DNA of 51,392 bases from Candidatus Zipacnadia bacterium (GTDB taxonomy: Bacteria > Armatimonadota > Zipacnadia > Zipacnadales > UBA5352): NCBI GenBank assembly GCA_029821265.1, contig JALGTR010000012.1:1-51392 (forward strand). The letters are read 5' to 3'. Both the position numbers and the translations under genes were made by a program. This document shows, piece by piece, positions 43,384-51,392 of the stretch (its first letter is position 1; the number at the start of each line of letters is the position of its first letter). The notes beneath the pieces are model-generated. The model saw only the letters and a program-made list of their open reading frames with translations. It did not search any database and was not told the origin of the DNA.

Positions 43384-44559
43384 ATGTATCTGAAGACGCT
43401 GACGCTTGAAAACTTCCGCTGCTACGAGCAGACCCGGATCGAGCTGCCCCGCGGGCTCGTCGTGGTCCTGGGGCCGAACGCCTCCGGGAAGACCACACTG
43501 CTTGAGGCGGTCTACCTCCTGGCGACCACCACCTCGCCGCGCTCAGGTCCCGCCCGAGCGATGGTCCGTCACGGGCAGTCATGGGGCCGCGTAACGGGCG
43601 TCTTCGAGCGCGACGGGCGCGAGGTCACGATCAGCGTGACGCTCGGCGATCCATCCGGCTCGCGCTCGGGCTCGAAGACGGTAGAGGTCGATGGCCGCGA
43701 GGTGGACAGCCTGCGTGAGGCGATCGGGCGGGTGCAGGCCAGCCTGTTCTGGGTGGGATCACTGGAGGTTGTGAAGGGCTCGCCGTCTGAGCGCCGGCGC
43801 TTCATGAACGAGGCGATCGGGCAGACCAGCGCCCGCTACCTCGATGACCTCGCCCGCTACCGCCGGGCGCTTCGCCAGCGCAACGAGCTGCTTAGGTCCA
43901 TTCGGGCACGTGGCGGATCAGGCTCGATCCTCGCCCCGTGGACCCGCGCGCTGGTGGATGCCGGTGTGCCGATCATCGAGGATCGTGCCTCATTCGTCCG
44001 CGCGCTCGCCGCCGAGGCCGCGCCAATGCATCTGCGGCTGGGAGCCGGCGCCGAGGAGCTGTCGGTGCAGTACGATCCGTCCGTGGCCGCCGGCTCCGAT
44101 CTCGATGCCGAGGACGAGTTCTACCAGCGCCTGGAGGAGACGCACGAGCGGGAGGTCGAGCGCGGTTCGACGCAGGTCGGCCCACACCGCGATGACGTCA
44201 TCCTCACCGTGGACGGCGTGGACGTGCGACGCTTCGGCTCACAGGGCCAGCAGCGCACGGCGGCTCTGGCGCTTACCCTGGCCCAGGCGTCGGTGGCGCG
44301 GGTGCGCACCGAGACTGAGCCGATCCTCCTGCTGGATGACTGTCTGTCGGAGCTTGATCCGGCCCGTGGTGCGGCGATGCTCGATCTGTCGGAGGATCGT
44401 GAGCAGATGATCGTGACGAGCGCGTGCTGTCCGGAACACCTCGCGGAACGGCTCGCAGACGCGCACGTGATCGACACCGGCGGGGAACTGGCCTCCTGCA
44501 GACCATGTCGAATTCCCGACATTGAGGGCCGTAACACGGAGTCTCACCATGGACCATGA
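43384..44559 (+). CDS. recF: DNA replication and repair protein RecF
   Basis: 391 aa. MYLKTLTLENFRCYE...VVLGPNASGKTTLLEAV (Walker A) ...SQGQQRTAALALTLAQ (signature) ...ILLLDDCLSELD (Walker B). Confidence 0.93.
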   Translation: MYLKTLTLENFRCYEQTRIELPRGLVVVLGPNASGKTTLLEAVYLLATTTSPRSGPARAMVRHGQSWGRVTGVFERDGREVTISVTLGDPSGSRSGSKTVEVDGREVDSLREAIGRVQASLFWVGSLEVVKGSPSERRRFMNEAIGQTSARYLDDLARYRRALRQRNELLRSIRARGGSGSILAPWTRALVDAGVPIIEDRASFVRALAAEAAPMHLRLGAGAEELSVQYDPSVAAGSDLDAEDEFYQRLEETHEREVERGSTQVGPHRDDVILTVDGVDVRRFGSQGQQRTAALALTLAQASVARVRTETEPILLLDDCLSELDPARGAAMLDLSEDREQMIVTSACCPEHLAERLADAHVIDTGGELASCRPCRIPDIEGRNTESHHGP

Positions 44560-45193
44560 TCGGCAGCATCACGAAAAGCGCATCGGGGATGTGCTGAACG
44601 CGTTCCTCAAGAGCCACGGGATGCTCGAGGAATCGCGCGAGGAGCTCTGTGCACTGCTGTGGCCGGAGGTCGCCGGCAGGTGGTACGCCGAGCACTCCTA
44701 CGTCACCAGCGTGCGCGACGGTGTCTGTAACGTGCGCTGCGATTCGGCGCCCCGCGCGCACCAGCTTCAGCTTGACTCGCCCGCCATCGTTCAGCGCCTC
44801 AACGAGCGGCTGGGCGTCGAGTTCATCAGCGAGATCCGCGCCTCCAGCGCCGGTATCGGCGATCGGCCCACCGAGGAGTTCGCCGAGCCGGATCCTGAGC
44901 CGACCCCAACGCCCGAGGAGCTTGACGCGATCGCCGTCCCGCCTGAGGAGGTCAGGGCGATCCTCGAGGCCACCGCCGCTCTCGAGGGGGAGATTCGCAA
45001 CCGGCTCGAGAAGCTTATGTTGCGGCAGGCGCGAGTGGACATCTGGAAGCGCGAACACGGTTACGTGCAGTGCCCAGGCTGCGGCACGCTCCATCGAGAT
45101 CGCCCGAAATGGTGTCTCGCCTGCAGGCCACCGGAGGCCCCCTCACAGGGCGGCGGCGAGGAGGGCCTCAGCGCCTTCTTCGACGCGGACTGA
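44549..45193 (+). CDS. DUF721/DciA-like protein with C-terminal zinc ribbon
   Basis: ATG 44549 (GGAG 7 nt upstream) overlaps the recF end by 11 nt. RIGDVLNAFLKSHGMLEESREELCALLWPEVAG...VRDGVCNVRCDSAPRAHQLQLDSPAIVQRLNERLG is the DUF721 pattern, which is conserved after recF. The C-terminus has CPGCGTLHRDRPKWCLAC. Confidence 0.75.
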   Translation: MDHDRQHHEKRIGDVLNAFLKSHGMLEESREELCALLWPEVAGRWYAEHSYVTSVRDGVCNVRCDSAPRAHQLQLDSPAIVQRLNERLGVEFISEIRASSAGIGDRPTEEFAEPDPEPTPTPEELDAIAVPPEEVRAILEATAALEGEIRNRLEKLMLRQARVDIWKREHGYVQCPGCGTLHRDRPKWCLACRPPEAPSQGGGEEGLSAFFDAD

Positions 45194-45253
45194 CCACCGC
45201 CGCCTGCCGAAGATCACGGTCATTGATGAGCGATCACTCGGAGGTCAACTATC

Positions 45254-46714
45254 ATGTCCCAGCAGTTCGAGGGCTCGATCGAGAAGATTGACGACTACCA
45301 CTGGCGCATCCCGCGCGAGCAGGACAGCCGCATGCGCACAGACGGCATCGTGATCGCCGACGAGGAGCTGATGAAAGATATACGCACCGATTCCGCGCTC
45401 ACGCAGGTGCAGAACGTGGCCTGCCTGCCGGGAATCGTCGGCGCGTCGATGGCCATGCCCGACTGCCACTACGGCTACGGCTTCCCGATCGGGGGCGTCG
45501 CGGCGTTCGACACCTCCGAGGGCGTCATCTCCCCCGGCGGCGTCGGCTACGATATCAACTGCGGCGTCCGCCTGCTGCGCACCGACCTCGAGGACCACGA
45601 CATCCGAGACAGGCTCGACGCGCTGATCGATCACATCTTCCGCGAGATCCCCGCCGGCATCGGCGAATCAGGCAGGGTCCGCCTCAATCACGCCGAACTG
45701 CGCCGCGTGCTGACGAAGGGCGTGAGCTGGGCGATCTCCCAGGGCTACGGCACCGAGGCCGACCTCGAGACCTGTGAGGAGCGCGGCTGCCTCGAGGGCG
45801 CCGACCCCGACGCACTGTCGGATCGCGCGCTGGAGCGCGGCCTGCCGCAGCTGGGCACCGTCGGCTCGGGCAACCACTTCCTCGAGATCCAGCGCGTCGA
45901 TCGGATCTGCGACCGCGGCGCGGCCGACGCCATGGGACTGCTCGACGAGGGCCAGGTGATGGTCATGATCCACACCGGCTCGCGCGGGCTCGGCTACCAG
46001 GTCTGCGATGACTCGCTCAGGCCCATGCAGAAGGCCGCCAGCAAATACGGGATCGACCTGCCTGACCGTCAGCTCGCCTGCGCGCCCGTCGAATCGCCCG
46101 AGGGCCAGCGATACTACGCCGCGATGGCGTGCGCGGCCAACTACGGCTGGTGCAACCGCCAGATAATCACCCACTGGGTGCGCGAGGCCTTTGAGCGCAC
46201 GCTCGGGATGGGCGTGGCCAGAATCGGCCTGCAACTCGTCTACGACGTGGCCCACAACGTCGCCAAGATCGAGTGGCACGAGGTCGATGGTGTGCGTCGC
46301 CAACTGTGCGTGCATCGCAAGGGCGCCACCCGCGCCTTCGGGCCCGGTCGGCAGGAGGTCCCCGAGACGTATCGTGACATCGGCCAGCCGGTTCTCGTGC
46401 CCGGCGACATGGGCACGGCCTCGTGGCTGCTGCGCGGCACCGACGAGGCGATGAGGCAGACTTTCGGCTCCACCTGCCATGGCGCCGGCCGCGTGATGTC
46501 CCGCACTGCCGCCACGAAGCGCCAGCACGGACGCGAGGTCCAGTCGGAACTGCAGGCCCGCGGCATCCACGTGCGATCCGCTGGCCTGAAGACGCTGGCC
46601 GAGGAGGCCCCATACGCCTACAAGGACGTCGACCGCGTCATCACCGTCGCGCATGAGGCGGGCATCTCCCGCCGTGTCGCGCGCATGACGCCCATGGCCG
46701 TCGTCAAGGGATGA
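45254..46714 (+). CDS. rtcB: RNA 3'-phosphate ligase RtcB
   Basis: 486 aa. ...VQNVACLPGIVGASMAMPDCHYGYGFPIGGVAAFD...GGVGYDINCGVRLL...GSGNHFLEIQ...MIHTGSRGLGYQV...CHGAGRVMSR are the RtcB metal and GTP/His motifs. Confidence 0.93.
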   Translation: MSQQFEGSIEKIDDYHWRIPREQDSRMRTDGIVIADEELMKDIRTDSALTQVQNVACLPGIVGASMAMPDCHYGYGFPIGGVAAFDTSEGVISPGGVGYDINCGVRLLRTDLEDHDIRDRLDALIDHIFREIPAGIGESGRVRLNHAELRRVLTKGVSWAISQGYGTEADLETCEERGCLEGADPDALSDRALERGLPQLGTVGSGNHFLEIQRVDRICDRGAADAMGLLDEGQVMVMIHTGSRGLGYQVCDDSLRPMQKAASKYGIDLPDRQLACAPVESPEGQRYYAAMACAANYGWCNRQIITHWVREAFERTLGMGVARIGLQLVYDVAHNVAKIEWHEVDGVRRQLCVHRKGATRAFGPGRQEVPETYRDIGQPVLVPGDMGTASWLLRGTDEAMRQTFGSTCHGAGRVMSRTAATKRQHGREVQSELQARGIHVRSAGLKTLAEEAPYAYKDVDRVITVAHEAGISRRVARMTPMAVVKG

Positions 46715-46774
46715 GCCCGCGCTCACCCGAGCATCCTCCGCCACCAGTGGCGGCTGAGCGCCCGGCACCGAGCA

Positions 46775-46804
46775 TTGCCAGACGTAACACCCTTGCGCTA
46801 TAAT
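46775..46804 (+). promoter_or_regulatory. sigma70-like promoter for the P-type ATPase gene
   Basis: TTGCCA (46775-46780), an 18-nt spacer, then TATAAT (46799-46804). A 7-bp hairpin AGCGCCC/GGGCGCT lies in the ~60-nt leader. Confidence 0.5.
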
Positions 46805-46865
46805 GCACCCCGAAAGCGACTACCAGCGCCCTCGTGCGGGCGCTTCACGGATGTGACAACTGACG

Positions 46866-49688
46866 ATGAGCGCAGAAGACCAGACCGCGCTCGCCGAAGA
46901 TGAACGCGAGGACTACTACGCCGCGGAGACCGACCGCGTCCTCAAGGAACTGAACACCGACCCCGAGAACGGTCTCAGCACTGAGGAAGCCCGACGGCGC
47001 CTCGAGGCATACGGCCCCAACGAGCTCGAGAGCGAGGGCGGCGTCCACCCGCTGAAGATCCTCCTCCGGCAGTTCACCGAGATCCTGGTGATCGTGCTGA
47101 TTGCCGCCTCCATCGTGTCTGGCGCGATCGGCGAGATCGTCGACTCGATTGTCATCATGGCAATCGTCATCCTCAACGCCATCCTCGGCTTCGTGCAGGA
47201 GTACCGCGCCGAGCAGGCCGTCGAGGCCCTGCGCAAGATGGCCTCCCCCACCGCCACCGTGCTGCGCGACGGCCGGCAGGTGGAGGTCCCATCATCGGAA
47301 GTCGTCCCGGGCGACATCCTCATCCTCGAGACCGGAGACAAGATCGCCGCCGACGCGCGTGTGCTGGAGGCGTACAACCTCGAGACAGACGAGGCCCTGC
47401 TCACCGGTGAGTCGCTGCCCGTCTCCAAGGGCCCCTCCGTCTGTCCGATCGACACGCCCCTTGCCGAGCGCACCGCCATGGTCTTCATGGGCACACACGT
47501 GACCTACGGCCGCGGGCGCGCCGTCGTCACCAACACCGGCATGCGGACCCAGATGGGCCTCATCGCCGAGCAGGTGCAGGCCCCCGACGCCACCGCCACC
47601 AGCCTTGAGCGCAAGCTGCAGGTGCTCGCCAAGTGGCTGCTCGCCGTCGTCTGCGGCCTGTGCGCGATCATCTTCCTGATCGGCTGGCTCTGGCGTGGCG
47701 GCGACCCGCTGCAGCTGTTCATGACCGTCGTCGCCCTCGCCGTCGCAGCCATCCCGGAGGGCCTGCCGGCGGTCGTGACCCTCTCGCTCGCCCTCTCCGT
47801 CCGGCGCATGGCCCAGCGTAATGCCATCGTCAAGCGCCTCTCCGCCGCCGAGGCCCTCGGCTCAACCACCGTCATCTGCTCGGACAAGACCGGCACGATG
47901 ACCGCCAACGAGATGGCCGTCGTCCGCATCTGGGCCGACGGCAAAGAGTACGAGGTCGAGAGCCGCGGCTACGCGCCCGAGGGCAATGTGCTTGATGACG
48001 GAAAGCCCATCACAGCCGATGACAGCACGGTCATGGAGCTGATCGCGCGGATCTCGGCACTCTGCAACGATTCGACCCTGGTCCAGGACGACGACTGGAC
48101 CATCACAGGCGACCCCACCGAGGGCGCCCTGCTGCCGCTGGCACGCAAGCTGGGCGTAAACGAGAACGAGCTTCGCGATAGCATGCCCCGCGTGCACGAG
48201 ATCGCCTTCGACTCCGAGCGCAAGCGCATGACCACGCTGCACGAGCAGAATGGCTCGATCTTCGTCGCCACCAAGGGCGCTGCGGAGGTGGTTCTCGAAC
48301 GCTGCTCGCACATCCAGACCGAGGACGGTCCACGCGAACTCTCCGCCGAGGAAGCGCGGCAGATCGCCGACGTCGGTTCATCGATGGCTGACGACGCGCT
48401 GCGGGTCCTCGCACTTGCGTGGCGGGAGATGGATCCCGATCAGGTCGGTGAGGCCTGCGACGCCGATGTTGTGGAGACCGACCTGGTCTTCGCCGGCCTC
48501 GTGGGCATGATCGACCCGGCGCGGCCTGAGGTCGCGCAGTCCATTGAGGAGTGCCACAGCGCAGGTGTGCAGGTGAAGATGGTCACCGGTGACCACGCGC
48601 GCACCGCCGCCGCAATCGCGAGGGAGATCAACCTCATCAGCGATGACGCGGATCGCGTCGTCGATGGCGTCGAGCTCGACGAGATGAGCGACGAAGAGCT
48701 CCGGCGTGAGGTCGATCGGATCGCCGTCTTCGCCCGTATGGCCCCCGACCACAAGGTGCGAATCCTCGAGGCGCTCCAGAGCCGCGGGCATATCGTCGGT
48801 ATGACCGGCGATGGCATCAACGACGCCCCGGCGCTCAAGCGCTCGGACATCGGCGTCGGCATGGCGAAGAAGGGCACCGACGTCACCCGCGAGGTCTCCG
48901 ACATCGTCCTCGCCGACGACAACTTCGCCTCCATCGTGGCCGCCGTTGAGGAAGGCCGTGTCGTCTACGACAACATCCGCAAGTTCACGCGCTTTCTGCT
49001 CTCCGCCAACTTCGGTGAGCTGCTTATCATCTCGATCGCCGTGTTGCTTGGCTGGCCGCTGCCTCTAGTGCCGCTGCAGATCCTCTGGGTCAACCTCGTG
49101 ACCGATGGCCTGCCCGCGCTGGCGCTTGGCGTCACAAAGGGCGAGCCGGACATCATGCATCGTCCGCCCCGTGACCCCGAGGAGAACATGCTCAGGGATA
49201 TGCTCCCATACCTTGTCGTCGTCGCAGTCCTCTGCGCCGCCGGCGCACTCGGCGGCTTCGTCTGGGAGATGGCCGCCCAGGGCGTCGGCTACAACGAGAT
49301 GCTGCAGCTTGCCACCGGTGGCCATGGCGCCGCCGTCGAGATGACCCAGGCGCAGGAGCACGCGCTCAAGATGGCGCGCACGGTTGCGTTGACGCAACTG
49401 GTGCTCTTCGAGCTGTTCTTGGTCTTCAACTGTCAGTCAGATCGCCAGTCGTTCCGCCAGATCGGCTTCCGAAACCCGCAGCTCTTCGGCGCCGTCGTCA
49501 TCTCGCTGGCCCTGCATGCCGTCCTGCTCTACATCCCGGCGGTGCGTGAGATGTTCCATCTCGGGGCGCTCGAGCTCGATGACTGGGGCCGGATCCTGCT
49601 GCTGGCCCTGCCCGGGCTGTTCATCAGCCCGCGCGTGCTCGTCCGTCATCACGGCGAGGCCAAATCGAACGGGCAGCAAGCCGCATGA
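46866..49688 (+). CDS. cation-transporting P-type ATPase, P2 (SERCA/PMCA-like, probably Ca2+) subfamily
   Basis: 940 aa. It has TGES (LLTGESLPV), the phosphorylation site CSDKTGTMT, KGA, MVTGDH, the TGDGINDAPALK hinge and 10 predicted TM helices. Confidence 0.92.
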   Translation: MSAEDQTALAEDEREDYYAAETDRVLKELNTDPENGLSTEEARRRLEAYGPNELESEGGVHPLKILLRQFTEILVIVLIAASIVSGAIGEIVDSIVIMAIVILNAILGFVQEYRAEQAVEALRKMASPTATVLRDGRQVEVPSSEVVPGDILILETGDKIAADARVLEAYNLETDEALLTGESLPVSKGPSVCPIDTPLAERTAMVFMGTHVTYGRGRAVVTNTGMRTQMGLIAEQVQAPDATATSLERKLQVLAKWLLAVVCGLCAIIFLIGWLWRGGDPLQLFMTVVALAVAAIPEGLPAVVTLSLALSVRRMAQRNAIVKRLSAAEALGSTTVICSDKTGTMTANEMAVVRIWADGKEYEVESRGYAPEGNVLDDGKPITADDSTVMELIARISALCNDSTLVQDDDWTITGDPTEGALLPLARKLGVNENELRDSMPRVHEIAFDSERKRMTTLHEQNGSIFVATKGAAEVVLERCSHIQTEDGPRELSAEEARQIADVGSSMADDALRVLALAWREMDPDQVGEACDADVVETDLVFAGLVGMIDPARPEVAQSIEECHSAGVQVKMVTGDHARTAAAIAREINLISDDADRVVDGVELDEMSDEELRREVDRIAVFARMAPDHKVRILEALQSRGHIVGMTGDGINDAPALKRSDIGVGMAKKGTDVTREVSDIVLADDNFASIVAAVEEGRVVYDNIRKFTRFLLSANFGELLIISIAVLLGWPLPLVPLQILWVNLVTDGLPALALGVTKGEPDIMHRPPRDPEENMLRDMLPYLVVVAVLCAAGALGGFVWEMAAQGVGYNEMLQLATGGHGAAVEMTQAQEHALKMARTVALTQLVLFELFLVFNCQSDRQSFRQIGFRNPQLFGAVVISLALHAVLLYIPAVREMFHLGALELDDWGRILLLALPGLFISPRVLVRHHGEAKSNGQQAA

Positions 49689-49941
49689 GCAGCGCGCGCA
49701 AATGCACAACCAACAGCCGTCGCCGCAGCCGGGAGCGTTGCCGCAGGCCCGACGTGTGAGCCTGCTCGGGGCGTCCCCACCTTCACTGGAGGCGAGCGCC
49801 TCGCCCGGCAGGAGTGTAGGGCGGTGCACGCTCCGGCGCGGCAACGGCCGTCCGTGACCTGAAAGCCCGCCGGCGTGTGCAGCCGCGGGCCCGGGACCGC
49901 TGACCAACGACCTATCGATCTGCCGAAAGGATGCTCCGTTC

Positions 49942-51225
49942 ATGATCGACCACAGGATCGTCCGCGAGACCCCCGAGATCATCCGCGAGGCGCTGCGCAG
50001 GCGCCGCTTCGAGTACGACCTCGACCGTCTGATCGAGCTTGAGGCCAGGCGCCGCGAGCTGCTCCAGGTGGAGAATCTGCGCGCGGAGAAGAACCGGCTC
50101 TCCAATGAGATCGGGGCGGCCTATCGCGAGGGCGACGAGCAGCGGGCCGAGGAGCTGAAAGAGCGCGTCGCCGAGATCTCCGCGCAGATCGAAGCGCAGG
50201 AGGAGGAGCTCGAGCGCGTCGAGGAGCAGTTCCACGCGATGATGCTCGAGCTGCCCAATATCCCACTCGACGAGGTCCCGGAGGGCGACGGCGAGGAGGA
50301 CAACCCTGTGCTCTACGAGTGGGGCGACAGACCCGAGTTCAGCTTCGAGCCTCTCCCCCACTGGGAGCTCGCCGAACGCCTCGGGATCCTCGATTTCGAG
50401 CGCGCGGCGAAGATCGCCGCAGCGCGCTTCACCATGAACGTCGGCGCCGGCGCAACCATCGAGCGCGCGCTCATCAACTTCATGCTCGACGTCCACACCC
50501 GCGAGCACGGCTACACCGAGGTCGTCCCGCCTTACCTCGCCAATACCCGCTCGCTCATCGGCACAGCCACCCTGCCGAAGTTCGAGCAGGACCAGTTCAA
50601 GACCCGCGAGGGCCTCTACCTCATCCCGACCGCCGAGGTCCCGCTCACCAACATGCACCAGGACGAGATTCTCAGCGCCGAGGAGCTGCCCAAGTACTAT
50701 GCCGCCTACACCGCCTGCTTCCGCCGCGAGGCCGGATCGGCTGGCCAGGAATCGCGCGGCCTCATCCGGCTGCACCAGTTCAATAAAGTCGAGCTCATGA
50801 AGTTCGTCACACCCGAAACCGCCGACGAGGAGCTCGAGCGCCTCACACTCAACGCCGAGGAGATCCTCAAGCGCCTCGAGCTGCCCTACCGCCGCATCCT
50901 CCTCTGTACCGGCGACATGGGCTTCCAGCCCCAGCGCACCTTCGACCTCGAGGTCTGGATGCCCGGAATGAACCGCTGGGTCGAGATCAGCTCCTGCAGC
51001 CAGTACGGCGAGTTCCAGGCCCGCCGCGCCGGCACACGCTACCGCCCCGAGCCCGAGGCCTCCCCTCGATACGTCCACACCATGAACGGCTCCGGCGTCG
51101 CCGCCGGCCGATGCCTCGCCGCCGTGCTGGAGAACTACCAGCAGGAGGACGGCTCGATCGCGGTGCCCGATGTGCTGCGACCCTACGTCGGCGGCCTCGT
51201 CGAAATCCCGGCACCGGTCGGATAG
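49942..51225 (+). CDS. serS: seryl-tRNA synthetase
   Basis: 427 aa. It has an N-terminal coiled-coil arm (…[28 protein letters not shown]…) and class II motifs (…[13 protein letters not shown]…RLHQFNKVE…, …[13 protein letters not shown]…, …[11 protein letters not shown]…). Confidence 0.95.
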   Translation: MIDHRIVRETPEIIREALRRRRFEYDLDRLIELEARRRELLQVENLRAEKNRLSNEIGAAYREGDEQRAEELKERVAEISAQIEAQEEELERVEEQFHAMMLELPNIPLDEVPEGDGEEDNPVLYEWGDRPEFSFEPLPHWELAERLGILDFERAAKIAAARFTMNVGAGATIERALINFMLDVHTREHGYTEVVPPYLANTRSLIGTATLPKFEQDQFKTREGLYLIPTAEVPLTNMHQDEILSAEELPKYYAAYTACFRREAGSAGQESRGLIRLHQFNKVELMKFVTPETADEELERLTLNAEEILKRLELPYRRILLCTGDMGFQPQRTFDLEVWMPGMNRWVEISSCSQYGEFQARRAGTRYRPEPEASPRYVHTMNGSGVAAGRCLAAVLENYQQEDGSIAVPDVLRPYVGGLVEIPAPVG

Positions 51226-51345
51226 ACCTGACCGCACCGTGGAGCACGCCCCGGGCGCCGCGTCAGGGCCGCCCGCACCGCCTGATACACCGGCGCCCAA
51301 TAGCCGTGCTCTTCCCGTAAAGACACGGCGGAAGCGTGGAGGGCC

Positions 51346-51374
51346 TTGACATAATGAACGGTATCTGCTAACTT
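51346..51374 (+). promoter_or_regulatory. sigma70-like promoter firing rightward out of the window
   Basis: TTGACA (51346-51351), a 17-nt spacer, then TAACTT (51369-51374), in a low-GC patch 120 nt after serS. The target lies beyond the window. Confidence 0.35.
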
Positions 51375-51392
51375 GCCGCACAATATTCAGAG

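Noticed and set aside
49912-51381. 489-aa minus-strand ORF
   Set aside because: It is antisense to serS, whose class II motifs are clear. The same reasoning applies to 8631-9869(-), 897-1982(+), 10114-11082(-), 30813-32150(+), 33235-34914(+), 41837-43030(-), 45668-46768(-) and 23645-24751(-).
51183-51392. Minus-strand frame entering from the right edge (...ADTVHYVKALHASAVSLREEHGYWAPVYQAVRAAL...)
   Set aside because: Only ~65 codons are visible. It would overlap the serS 3' end by 43 nt, and it coincides with a good rightward promoter. The evidence is insufficient.
1-51392. CRISPR arrays, rRNA genes, transposases/integrases, prophage or toxin-antitoxin and defence modules
   Set aside because: I saw no regularly spaced direct repeats, no rRNA-like conserved stretches and no DDE, tyrosine or serine recombinase motifs in any credible ORF. 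Apart from 20732-20828, I found no other T-arm-like (TTCGA/TTCAA loop with 5-bp stem) elements in the intergenic regions.

Overview
High-GC (~66%) bacterial chromosomal window, densely coding. I found no rRNA, CRISPR array or recognisable mobile element. It spans the replication origin: dnaA (39824-41272), dnaN, recF and a DUF721/DciA-like gene. DnaA-box-like 9-mers cluster upstream of dnaA and in the 0.8-kb dnaA-dnaN spacer, which ends in a TAG/TAA trinucleotide run (DnaA-trio-like) and an AT-rich stretch. Left of the origin lie: a Fur/PerR-like regulator-rubrerythrin-flavodiiron protein-rubredoxin operon (anaerobe-type O2/ROS defence); an orphan GspF/PilC-like gene coupled to two unknown proteins; a PEP-CTERM papain-like peptidase; a PAS histidine kinase and receiver offset by one nucleotide at a G6 run; and a ~20-kb neighbourhood of mostly exported glycan-active proteins (three heparinase II/III-like, a GH15-like lipoprotein, a beta-helix protein, a DUF3604-like protein, two URO-D-family paralogs). 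Right of the origin lie rtcB, a P2-type cation ATPase and serS. The most unusual object is a 97-nt tRNA gene on the minus strand (20732-20828), invisible to the ORF track. It has Cys anticodon GCA, discriminator U73 and an encoded CCA, but a tRNA-Sec-like body: 5-bp D stem with a 4-nt CGGU loop, an extendable anticodon stem, and a 7-bp variable arm. Other points: an RDD-domain protein fused to a signal-peptidase-I fold lacking both catalytic residues; a promoter- and hairpin-bounded ~300-nt non-coding stretch upstream of thiL with an exposed CCCUCCCUCC loop; and two decayed oxidoreductase genes (AKR, MDR) bracketing a 5-kb block. Many very long ORFs in the supplied track (1026, 696, 559, 489 aa and others) are antisense artefacts of high GC. 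All functional calls come from motif recognition by eye, not database searches.
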